From Takakia lepidozioides (taxonomy: Eukaryota > Plantae > Bryophyta), in contig CM060733.1 of the NCBI GenBank assembly GCA_030704615.1, forward strand, positions 34,224,001 to 34,288,000: a stretch of DNA of 64,000 nucleotides. Reading direction: 5' to 3'. How positions within the stretch are numbered: position 1 is the first letter of the stretch; each line of letters starts with the position of its first letter. The notes beneath the pieces were generated by a model. It worked only from the letters and a program-made list of their open reading frames with translations, did no database searches and was not told the origin of the DNA. Positions 39,901-51,923 of the stretch are shown here, piece after piece. Made by a program: the position numbers and the translations under genes.

Positions 39901-41650
39901 CTTTATACATAATGGGAAAAAGCTTATTAATCCATTGGATAGCCCAGTTAGGGTTCTGGAGTTGGGAGGCCATATTGTTGGTTTGGGGCATGTTGCTATG
40001 GTGTACTTCAATTTTGCAGTTGATGAGCATGGATTGAAAGAGGGAGACTATTTGAGAGAAGATAGACAAAATTGGGCAGCAGCACAACGGATTGCAAGCA
40101 GGCATGTGCAAATATGTCTTCAAGCTCTACATGATGGGAATTACAAAGGCAAGGCGATCAAACAAGAAGATACAATTGGTACCAAAGCATATTTGGAGGC
40201 GGTGGGAGACTACATTGATATTTTTCTATCTACCACTTTGGGTCTTCACGAGAAGGTTCGATTGACATCCAAAGTTTCATATTTTTTCAGGTTGTGGCGT
40301 CTTTGGCTTCATCATAGCGATGCCCATGAGATGAAGAAGAATTTCATAAGCATGCAGACATTTCTTGACATTCAGATGTCATGTCACTTTGTTGTGCTCT
40401 TGATTAAGTTGTTTCGAGACTACTATCCAACCTTGGGAGTGTCCGTTACATCTCACTGGATCTGATGCAGCAGAAATTTTCTTTAGCAAGGTGGGATGGA
40501 TGATTAGTCAAGAACGAGTTTTTGACTTGAGTGATTTACTTCATAGCTCTGGAGTTTTGAATAGGATTGCAGAGCATGAGTATAGTTCAGATGGGCCAGA
40601 ATACAAACGTGCACACTCCAAACAAGAGCATGTGTGGACATCATTGCACAAAAAACATGCTACGACATTGGAGAAGGCTGCAGATTTTCGAGATTACGGA
40701 GCCATCTCTAGTGATGCAACACTCATTGGTTTTTTGCAACAAGGACTAGAAGACGCCCAAAATCTGTGTAAGCATTTGGGAATGCAACCGAAAAAAGAAA
40801 AGGAGTTGAGAGGGTGGTGGTCAAAACCTTGGTTGCATGATACACAAAAATTGAAGAGAGCAAGCCAAAATGTCAAAGGGACTGACTTGGACAGATCTAA
40901 AACTGATTTGGAAGTATGTGATGATGCTGATTTGGAGATTTCAGATGATGATACTAATTTGGAGATTTGTGGGGAAGGTTCCATGGATGAGACTGTAGTG
41001 GATGGCGCAGAGGTTGATATTCGAGTTGCTGAGAGTGAAATTCGGCATGAGCTAGAGTTGCTGAGAGTGAAATTCGGCATGAGCTAGATGTTGTGGTTGA
41101 TGAGCAACAGGGTGGAAGCCGAGTCGTGGGTATTTCACCTATCGTTGAATTTGATGATCGATTTATTTTCAAATCGACATTGGTGAGTCAATTGAATGGC
41201 AATCCGACATTATCAAAGGATAGGCTCACTCGAGTCAAACAAGGAGTGTACTTTAGCAAAGAGATTATTCCACAAATAATGGTGAACTTTTTGGCATTGG
41301 ATCTGATTGTGCAGTATGGTATGGTGAAGATGGTGGAAAATTTTGGTTGGGTCGAGTTCAGAAGATGACAAGAAATGTCAATTCATCCAAAGAGAAGCCC
41401 AAATGGGTGGAATACAAATTAGGTTTTGATTTGACGAAAAGACCTAGTGGTTTACACTTAGTGTTGAGGTAGTACAAACCTCTTGAGACTAAGGTACGCA
41501 CATATAGATATGACTTGAATGATTCCAACCGAGTAGATATTGAAAGTGTCATTTCATTAGCACACTTGAGTTATAAGCCCAAAAACGGTTTCTATATATT
41601 AGATGAAGGGGATGACAAAATATTCAATGACTTTGTAAATAAAAATATGT
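36993..41650 (+). pseudogene. P-element-superfamily-like DDE transposase with N-terminal zinc-finger-like motifs, one clear intron and frameshifts
   Basis: VEDETSI (D), HASDGD (D), QDFIHNGKKL (DxxH), DRQNW, GSDAAEIFFS (E). CHEC...H...H and CEIC...H...H fingers, RGRPKK. GT-AG intron 39303-39429 joins KRYIR|WNAKSD. Frameshifts at about 38330-38450, 40436 and 41080. Confidence 0.7.
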
Positions 41651-42699
41651 AGATCATGATATAGAAACTCATGACTAGTTTTCTCGATAATTTTTTCGCT
41701 ATCAGGTTTTACTTGTATAATCTTTATTTTTGTCTTCCGTGTGCATAATGTATTGATTGAATTTCATAAATTGATCATGCAACATTGATGTACATGAACT
41801 CAATTATATATTTCAAACTGAAAATGTTTCAAACATATGATGAGTGTCTTTGTGGTTAGAACACAAAATTGATTGTTACAAAGTTCCAAGTTCAAATCCA
41901 ACATGCATGATTTGTATGAGTTCCCTTGTCATTATAATATCTTACTCTTTCACACACACTAATATACACATTTCAAGACATTATTGGATGGTCATCAAAG
42001 ATATCATTATATACCATGTCAATTTCCTCTCCTCTCGCACTCATATTGAAATGCTATTGAACAACAAATGTACGAAGATCTTAAAACTATTGTATTTCTT
42101 GTAACCTTTCATATCTCCCATTGTTAATATAAGTATCATTTTGAATATATCATTGCCAACATATTAGACTAAACTTAAGATCAAAAATGAAAGAAACATC
42201 TTTTTTCATTGTAGTGTATGTGCATGAAGACATGGGCTGCGAAAATTGGTTATCTGTCCACGCTACCAATTACGGTCACATTTGGTAAACCAAATGTCGT
42301 GCATTGTTTTGAGTTCAAACCCAACATGTATGACCCAATATGACTTCCCTAAAATGCTATTGAGCAACAAATGTATGAATATATTTGAAATTAGATGTTT
42401 CTTTGTAACCTTTCATATCTCACATTGTTAATAATGTCAAATCAAATCTATCACATTGTTAATAGTGTCATTTCAAATCTATCACATTGTCAACAAATGA
42501 AACTAAACTTAATGATTGTCCAAAACGGTACAAATTTTGTTTTTCATTGTAATGTATATATTACAAAATGGATGTCATATAGTTCTAAGTTTAAACCCAA
42601 CATGTATATTGACTTGGTATGATAATATGATAATCCCTTGCATTGACTTGGTAAGAATGAGAGCACACCCTTACAGATCTCTTACAGATACAACATACA

Positions 42700-44895
42700 T
42701 TTTGCACTTTGCACGAGCAACTAACACCCCTACATATATACGTCCTACAAAAATATCATAAGCGTCAAGAGTCATTGTACTCCTAAACTTACAAAACACC
42801 ATTCGTATGATTTTGGTTGGAGTTGAAACTTTACATCAGCAATTAACACCTACAGTCATAGGTCCTACAAAAATACCATGAACAACAAAAATCATTACAC
42901 TAGTGAACTTACAAAACACCATCCGTATTATTTTAGTTAGATTTGAAACTTTATATGAGCAACTAACACCTACATTCATAGATCCTCCCAAAATTTCATG
43001 AACAACAAAAATCGTCACACCAGTGAACTTACAAAACAACATCCGTATGATTTTAGTTGGATTTAAAACTTTACATGAACAACTAACACCTACAGTCATA
43101 GGTCCTACAAAAATACCATGAACAACAAAAATCATTACACTAGTGAACTTACAAAACACCATCCGTATTATTTTAGTTAGATTTGAAACTTTATATGAGC
43201 AACTAACACCTACATTTCCCAAAATTTCATGAACAACAAAAATCGTCACACCAGTGAACTTACAAAACAACATCCGTATGATTTTAGTTGGATTTAAAAC
43301 TTTACATGAGCAACTAACACCTACATTCATAGATCATGGAAAGATTTCATGAACAACAAAAATCATTACACCAGTGAACTTATAAAACACCATTTGTATG
43401 ATTTTAGTTGGATTTAAAACTTTACATGAGCAACTAACACCTATATTCATAGATCATGCAAAGATTTCATGAACAACAAAAATCATTACACCAGTGAACT
43501 TATAAAACACCATTTGTATGATTTTAGTTGGATTTGAAACTTTACATGAGCAACTAACACCTATATTCATAGGTCCTACAAAACTTTCATGAACAATAAA
43601 AATCATCACACCAGTGAACTTACAAAACAACATCCGTATGATTTTAGGTGGTTTTAAACTTTTATATGAGCAACTAACACTTACATTCATAGGTCATGCA
43701 AATATTTCATGAACAAAAAAAATCATTACACCAGTGAACTTATAAAACATCATCTGTATGATTTTAGTTGGATTTAAAACTTTACATGAGCAACTAACAC
43801 CTATATTCATAGGTCATGCAAAGATTTCATGAACAAAAAAAATCATTACACCAGTGAACTTATAAAACACCATCTGTATGATTTTAGTTGGATTTGAAAC
43901 TTTACATGAGCAACTAACACCTATATTCATATGTCATGCAAAGATTTCATGAACAACAAAAATCATTACACCAGTGAACTATAAAAACACCATATGTAGG
44001 ATTTTAGTTGAATTTGAAACTTTACATGAGCAACTAACACCTACATTCATAGGTCCTACAAAACTTTCATGAACAATAAAAATCATTACACCAGTGAACT
44101 TATAAACACACATCCGTATGATTTTAGGTGGTTTTGAAACTTTACATGAGCAACTAACACCTACATTCATAGGTCATGCAAATATTTCATGAACAAAAAA
44201 AATCATTACACCAGTGAACTTATAAAACACCATATGTATGATTTTAGTTGGATTTGAAACTTTACATGAACAACTAACACCTATATTCATAGATCATGCA
44301 AAGATTTCATGAACAACAAAAATCATTACACCAGTGAACTTATAAAACACCATATGTATGATTTTAGTTGAATTTGAAACTTTACATGAGCAACTAACAC
44401 CTACATTCATAGGTCGTACAAAACTTTCATGAACAATAAAAATCATTACACTAGTGAACTTACAAAACTTCATAGATCCTCCCAAAATTTCATAAACAAC
44501 AAAAATCGTCACACCTCTGAACTTACAAAACAACATCCGTATGATTTTAGTTGGATTTGAAACTTTCATGAACAACTAACACTTACATTCATATGTTTTG
44601 TAAAAATTTCATGAACAACAAAAGTCATTACGCGGGTGAACTTACAAAATACCATCCGTGTGATTTCAATTCGATGTGAAACTTTACATGAGCAACTAAC
44701 ACCTACATCCGTATGTCCTGCAAAAATGTCATAAACAACAAAAGTCATCACGGGGTGAACTTACAAAATACCATCCGTGTGATTTCAATTCGATGTGAAA
44801 CTTTACATGAGCAACTAACACCTATATTCGTATGTCCTGCAAAAATGTCATGAACAACAAAAGTCATTACGCGGGTGAACTTACAAAATACCATC
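42700..44895. repeat. Tandem satellite, 120-bp unit, about 18 copies
   Basis: CAACTAACACCTACATTCATAGGTC...CCAGTGAACTTA.AAAACA.CATCCGTATGATTTTAGTTGGATTTGAAACTTTACATGAG repeats with a 120-bp period. Confidence 0.95.
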
Positions 44896-47805
44896 TTACC
44901 ACCTAAGGTGCCTTGATAATGTTTACGTTAAACACTAGGCTATCTTAGTCATTACAAAAGAAGAAACAGCCTTGAGTTCTAAAATGTTAGGTACAAAGTG
45001 ACAGACACTGATATGTTATCAAACTACAATATACACATAGAACAACTTCCAAGACATTGGTTGATAATTTGGATGGTCATCAATGTATTATAGACAATGT
45101 GAATTTTCTCTTCTCTCTTACACATTGAAATGCTATGACCACTACTCTCTCATTCACACTGAAAATGTATGACCATTATTTTTACAATAGTCTTTTTGTA
45201 TATATAATTATCACTTAGATGAATTCATAAGTTGCTTGAGGAATCAATTCAATTGGGCAATTTTACTGAAGTTTATAGCCAGCCTTGTATATTGCTCTTA
45301 ATCACACGCCTCAAGACTCAAAGAATAATGTATAATGCTTATGATCAAGGTTTGGTACGTAGAACTATATGCTTACGAGAAAGATGAAAACAAGATTTTC
45401 AATTTGAGCCCAAATACAAAGTATGTAAATGTATGAACAAAGGATTTTTTTAAACGCTTGAAAATATATACAAAATGTCGAGGAGGGGATTTTTTTAAAA
45501 GAAAAATTTGTACAAGATTTTATACACAAGGGATGGATAAATTGATAATTAAAATACATACAGGGGGTCATAATCACTGTCCAATGCTAAGTACAGAGGT
45601 ATTAAAAAACATGTGTTGATCGCACATGTTATGATGTTTATATGAAGAGTGACCCCCCCGAGTGGTAGATAGGATCTTGGCCTGATTGGTTTGTGAAACA
45701 CCAAACTGTTGAAAATCAGGAAAAACAACAACAGGTTTTTCATGAAGACCCACAGCAGACCATGATTATGGGTTTCATAAGCATGACTCTTAACCTATTG
45801 GGCACCTACTTCAAGATTTATGTTCCTTCCCCTCAGTTGGCAGCATTGCGGGAGGAGCTCAAACATGAGTTTGATGCAAGAATTGTTACTGAGTGTGCAA
45901 ACAAAGTGGATGTGGAGGCCAACCTTAAGTTGCAGCAAGACTTGGAAGACTCTAAAGCTGCCCTACAGCTTGAGAAAGATCCTTGTGAAGTTTCTCATAT
46001 TTCATCTAGCTCTAATCCATCAGGATGAAATTAGGTAGATGTCACCTGAAGTTCAAATATGATTCTAGTGATACACAGTGGATTGATGTTGAGACCATAA
46101 TCTCCGAAGTGACTATGACATTTGAACCATCTTAGAATTTGTACTCTTTAGATCTAAGTGATGTTGTGGCTTTGAATGAGTTCGTGGCTAATGAAAATTA
46201 AATTTTTTCTTGGGTCCGACATTTGACTTATGTATGGAATGTACTTGGTTGTGTACATGCTTTGAAATTTTATAATTATTTAAAATGATAATTTAAAATA
46301 TGGTCTAATTAACTGTTGCAAAAAATAATTATAAAGAAAAATAGGATGTTAGGAAACAAAGGGTTTTACAATATTACCTAAAAGATAGGGTGAAAAAAAG
46401 TTGCAAAATTTTAAAAATATACCTTTGTATGCATGTGATATGGAAAAAATACTTATAGTGACCCCCCAGGCCGGTACTTTACTAGAGTATCCCACTAGGA
46501 ATCAGACACATTGGCCGGTTTTTCCCAACTCTTTTTAAATAAACAATGTAAATCGTATCTAGTTGTCTTGAGCATGTTGTCAGCTGTATCCCTCATATGC
46601 TCAAAATCCAATGTGTCGGGGGTGTAGGTGTACATAGTATCCAAATTATTGTTAATTACATGGAAGTTGGCCTCATTCTGCTAGTCCACATGCTTTGTAA
46701 AATCAAGAAAACGAAGGACTTGGCTTTTAGCCCTATCATCCATAAATTTCGAGTAGGATTAATGGGTTCTCCAACCACATCCAACATTATCATTATACGT
46801 CCGAGAAGCCCCTACTCTATCCAATTTGTGTTGTGTTGCAGCTGCCTTTGCCGCCCGGTTAACCCTCATTCTGGCATTATGCCGCTCCTTAACGCTCAGA
46901 GGTGCAGCCTCCATGTGATGAGGCTCATGCTCATTGTAAGGTTCATCATGCCTTTACCGTGGCCAGGCCAAACGACCCCCCCAATTGCCCGCAGCATATT
47001 CTGATTATTGTGGCTACGGAAAATATTCATCATTCGACTCATGATATTCATGACCCTCACCATACTCATCATACATCTCTGGCTCCTGATAGTGACGGGG
47101 GGAACCTTAATTAGGCGGCGGCATGGGGGCAACATATGAATCATTACCATACTAACCATACCCTCCCTGACGTGGAATGCGTGAAGCAGGTCGTCATTGT
47201 TGGAATTGTGGTGAACGTGGATTCTGATTGAAAACAACAACTTCTGGCACACCTTTGCCAGTGCCGCGTCCTGGGCTGCCTCTCATATGCCCTGGGTGTG
47301 AAGATGTCATTCTCACGTACCAGTACAACAAACCTTCCCACTATTTCAGTACAAATTTTGACATAGGGACAACATGAAACAAACATCATTTCTTGCCCTG
47401 CAGGTAATACAGTTATGAAGCCAACGTTTCCAAAGACATACTGCTCTAGAGAGACAGAATACAAGGCTAAAAAGAGCACAGTCTGATGAGTTTACCTCTC
47501 TATGAAAAGTCTACCTACCCTCGGCACTAAACTCAAATTCTATCTTTGAAACATAAAAGACACAAAGACATTGAAAGAAATTGTCTAGGATATCTGTACC
47601 AGAGGATGACCTTCTTCAGGCCATCCGGGGAACATTGTTCATGCATCTCTGTTCATCAAATTTCAAACTTTCAAGGCTGAGCCTAGACCTGTAGAGTGAG
47701 CCCTCACAAAGGTAATGTCTGTTACCTATTGTTTGCATGTATAGATTCTTCGCAATCATCAAATTACAAAGACTTCACAAATACATTTATCTCTCAATCC
47801 TTCTT

Positions 47806-48943
47806 TGTAGGGCATGTGTGGAGCATGCTTCCAGCCCGCTGAAGCGTGTATTTTCAGGTTGGTGGATGCAAGAAATAAAGCAAAGGGGCTGATTATCTGG
47901 TGGTGAGAGTGGGGCATGTGTGGAGCATGCCTTCAGTCCATTGGGCTTTTGTTTTCAAGCTTTAGAGAACTAGAAGAGAAGGTAAGGGGCTGATCTGCTC
48001 TTATGTGTCCCTCCGACACTTGTAGAGCGTGTTCTGAGTTGGGGTTTCAACCTCAAGCTTAGATAGAGCATGGCTCTTGAAGTGACAGGTGTAGGGGGCT
48101 GGAATAGGCTCTAAGACAGATGTTATGGCCAAGGGAAACACTTGAATGAGTGCTCACAAGGGCTGAAAACCAGCAAGGCTTGGTTGTTTGCCATTGAGTT
48201 TGGTGGCGTGTTTGGGGAGTCTAAGTGAGAAAGAAGGCTTGGTTTGTGGCAACCATCTTCCTCATGGCTTAGGGCTACTATTGGTGGTGTGTGAGAGCCG
48301 AAAGAGCAAGAATACCTTGCTGATTTCTTCACAGCCGCCATAGCTCGGTGCAAAGAAGCCTAGAGTCCAAGAGACATAAACCCTAGCTTGGCGTGGCTAA
48401 ACCCCTTGGAGAAATGGCTAAAATGTCATGAGTGGCCTGTGGGGCTGTGACGGGCTGTGACACGCTGTGATGGGCTGTGAGGGGCTGTGACACACTGTGC
48501 CATGTGGCATGTGGGGCTGTGAGGGGCTGTGACAGACTGTGCCCAGTGGCCTGTGGGGCTGTGACGGGCTGTGAGGGGTTGTGACAAGCTGTGCCCTGTG
48601 GCCTGTGGGGCTGTGACGGGCTATGAGGGGCTGTGACAGGCTGTGCCCAGTGGTCTGTGGGACGGGCTGTGACAGGTTGTGCCTTGTGGCCTGTGGGGCT
48701 GTGACGGGCTATGAGGGGCTGTGACGGGCTGTGACAGGCTGTGGCGGGCTATGCCCAGTGGCCTGTGGGGCTGTGAGGGGCTGTGAGGGGCTGTGACAAG
48801 CTATGCCCTGTGGCCTGTGGGGCTGTGACGGGCTATGAGGGGCTGTGACAGGCTGTGCCCTGTGGCCTGTGGGGCTGTGAGGGGCTGTGAGGGGCTGTGA
48901 CCCCTGTGACCTGTGTAGGGCTGTGACAGGCTGTGGTGGGCTG
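47806..48943 (+). mobile_element. 5' leader fragment of the DNMT-gypsy family (copy C), including a GGGCTGTGA microsatellite-like array at about 48435-48943
   Basis: Reverse-complement homolog of about 60270-61840. Confidence 0.85.
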
Positions 48944-50966
48944 GACCTATCAGGGGGCGTCCCTTTCAGCTGCATACGGATTGGAGCATGCTGGGGCTTG
49001 GAGCGGTGCTCACACAGGTGGATGATGAGGGAAGAGAGTTCGTAGTGGCTTACGCTAGCCGCTCGAACAACGCTGCAGAGGCTAAGTACAGCTCATATGA
49101 GGGAGAGTGCTTAGCTGCAGTGTGGGCCGTGACACACTTTAGGTGCTATCTATACGGCAATATTTTCACCCTTGTCACGGATCACCAGCCACTCAAGTGG
49201 TTGATGGAATCAGACAAGCTTACGGGGAAGCTTGCACGGTGGGCACTTATACTCCAGGAGTATGACTTTCAGGTTGTGCATCGACCGGGTTTGGTTAATC
49301 GGGATGCGGATGGATTGAGTCGCAATCCATGCATGAGCCAGTAGGATGATACTGGAGCTCGGTGGCATGGTGAGACGGACGAGGAGATGGTGCCGGGATG
49401 GCACGCATCTGCATTTTTGTGTATCTTGGCATCGGGAGGTCAGATTGGACCTACAACAGGGATGACTGTAGACGGAGTGTCTGAGGACCCTGAGGCTAGT
49501 GATGAGCTAGGTGGTGCCAGAGATATACATGAGGATTCGACTGTGTTGGACTACCTCCGCATGGGAGACACGGCAGCCATTGTGACTGCCAGGGAGAGGG
49601 ATCGGATCCTGCAACGAGCCAAGAGGTTCAAGTGGGAGGGGATACACCTACTTCGAGTGTGGGAGGATGATCGGGTGAGGATTGTGCCTCACCCCACACA
49701 GCGTGCATGGTTAGTGCGGCATGCCCATGAGGAATTGGGGCATTTTGGAGTGCGACGCACTCACAGTTTACTGCAGGGGCAGTATTGGTGGCGTGGTATG
49801 CATACAGAGGTGCAACAGTTCGTGGCTAGGTGCATGGTGTGTGACAGGGTGCGTGCTTCATTCAACGCCCCTACACCACAGTTGCATCCTTTACCAATCA
49901 TGGGATTGGGCTACATGTAGAGTCTTGACTTCGCAGGACCGTTGCCACTGACTATGCGCCACCGCAGATATGTGTTGGTGATGGTGGAGCACTTCTCCAA
50001 GTGGATTGAGTTGGTTCCATTGCCTGACAAGGCTAGTGAGGGGCTGCGTATGTATTCTTGGATCGTGTGCTTAGCCGATTTGGTGCTCCAGCTGAGGTAC
50101 TCACGGACCAAGGGAGAGAGTTTTTGGGGGAGTTTCAGGCTTTGTGTGATAAAGCCTTGATAGACCACCGCACCACTTCTCGGGATCATCCTGAGGCCGA
50201 TGGCTTAGCAGAGAGAGTTGTTCAGACGGTGAAGAGGGGTTTGCGCAAGTATGGCTTGCAGAAGGGACACCTAGGAGATTGGGATCTTCAGGTTCCTTGG
50301 TTAGCCATGGGCTACGGGTTCAACAAACAAGCATCACTTGCCTCCTTCTCACCATATTTCCTTCTCTTTGGCCGAGAGCCGGATTTGCCTGCAGCCATTC
50401 GTAGGGACACTGCTCAAGTCCTTAACCTTGACGACTCGGACGTGTGGGTACGTGCATGTGATCAGCGTGCAGAGTTGTTCAAGAAAGTCATGGCCATGGC
50501 TTTTGAGAACCTTGCCATTGCACAACACCGTGATACGTTGAGGTATGCCACTATACGTGGTGGAGGATATCGTCCTGGGGTTCGGAGGTTTAGCCCTGGT
50601 GACTATGTTTATTTGCAGCAGACTGCTCCTACGACTCTGGATATTACTGCAGGGCGTGTTATTCTGAGGGTTCGAGAGGTGTTGCCCTCAGGGGTCCTGA
50701 TCTTGGAGGGTCAGGATGGCATGACTTGGAAGGACCATGTGCGTAATTGTGCGCCATGTCACCTTCCCAATGTCGATGACAGAGTTGACCCAAACTTGGC
50801 AGTGGTACCTGCAGGTTTGAGGTGCATGCTCTGTGGGTCTGCCAAAGGAGCAGCCACCATGCTGGTGTGTGATCGATGCTCAAGGGGTTGGCATATGGAA
50901 TGCTTGACACCACCTCTTGAGAAGGTTCCTGACGGAGATTGGTTATGTCCACACTGCTTGGGATAG
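48944..50966 (+). pseudogene. RNase H - integrase - PHD finger of the DNMT-gypsy element (inverted 3' half of copy B)
   Basis: RPFQLHTDWS...YSSYEGECLA...TDHQPL; GHFG...CMVC; SLDFAGP, TDQG, HPEADGLAER. C-terminal C4HC3 PHD: CMLC...CDRC...WHMEC...WLCPHC. Confidence 0.92.
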
Positions 50967-51226
50967 TGGCAGTGGACATGACTGGAGGCAGCTAACAAGA
51001 CATGGGAGGCCAAGCTCATAGGAGTCAATACATGAGATCCCAAGCTCAAGTTCACAGGTTGCAAGACGGCGACTAACGATGGGGCAACTCTTGCACCCGG
51101 CCTCTTGATCTATCGAGTTTGAGTGTAGTAGGGATAGTGGTGGAGGACTTAGTGAGGCTATGGTCACTATCACATCTTGTGGCTACCTGGACTTAGAGGG
51201 ACCTAAGCACCAGCTAGGGGGGCGAT

Positions 51227-51733
51227 TGTGTGGACTAGTGACTGCCATAGTGGGCAGCATAGTGGCAGCCTAGTGACTGACTAGTTGTAGCCTAGTGGTG
51301 GACTAGTGGCTGGACTAGTGGTGGACTAGTGGTATACTAGTGTGTGGTGTGCACATGTGTTGTGTGGTTTTTGGACAACGATGTAGTTGTGTAGCGATAT
51401 GTATGCGCACGACAACTGTCAAGTTATTTTACCACTAGTGTGAAACTAGCTAGGAAATAGCTAGCTTTTACATATTGACATTTGGGATTGGCCCAAGTGT
51501 CAATCCAGGGGTCAAGGCAGATTTAGGCCCTGGAGTGGTTATCTTCACGACAAGCGCGGAAGGCTCATCTTTCTCGAGTTGAGCCTCACCGCGCCTAGCT
51601 ATGGCGCCGTAGTGTGGATTCCCCATGGCGTGGGGTGCACTTGGCTTGACTTGTATTTGAGTGATGAGGTTATATATGCATGAGTTTATGCTTCAGATTT
51701 GTGAGCTCGTGCTTGTATTCTTCTTCTTTATCA
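51227..51733 (+). mobile_element. 3' LTR (507 bp) of the DNMT-gypsy family, followed by a second partial LTR at 51735-51923
   Basis: PPT AGGGGGG at 51216-51222, TG...CA termini, near-identical to 62644-63150 (minus), rich in ACTAGT palindromes. Confidence 0.85.
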
Positions 51734-51923
51734 TTGTGTGGACTAGTGACTGCCATAGTGGGCAGCATAGTGGCAGCCTAGTGACTGACTAGTTGTAGCC
51801 TAGTGGTTGGACTAGTGGCTGGACTAGTGGTGGACTAGTGATATACTAGTGTGTGGTGTGCACATGTGTTGTGTGGTTTTTGGACAGCGATGTAGTTGTG
51901 TAGCGATATGTATGCGCACGACA

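Noticed and set aside
36328-42260. CAGATAAC at about 36328 and its complement at about 42250 as TIRs of the P-like element
   Set aside because: Only about 8 bp match and no TSD; could be chance.
42836-44751. Repeating minus-strand ORFs and a possible CRISPR-like array
   Set aside because: Contiguous 120-bp satellite units with no unique spacers; eukaryotic context and no cas genes.
45693-47479. Short ORFs (coiled-coil-like 45693-46028; His-rich 46902-47114)
   Set aside because: No recognisable family and no consistent exon structure.
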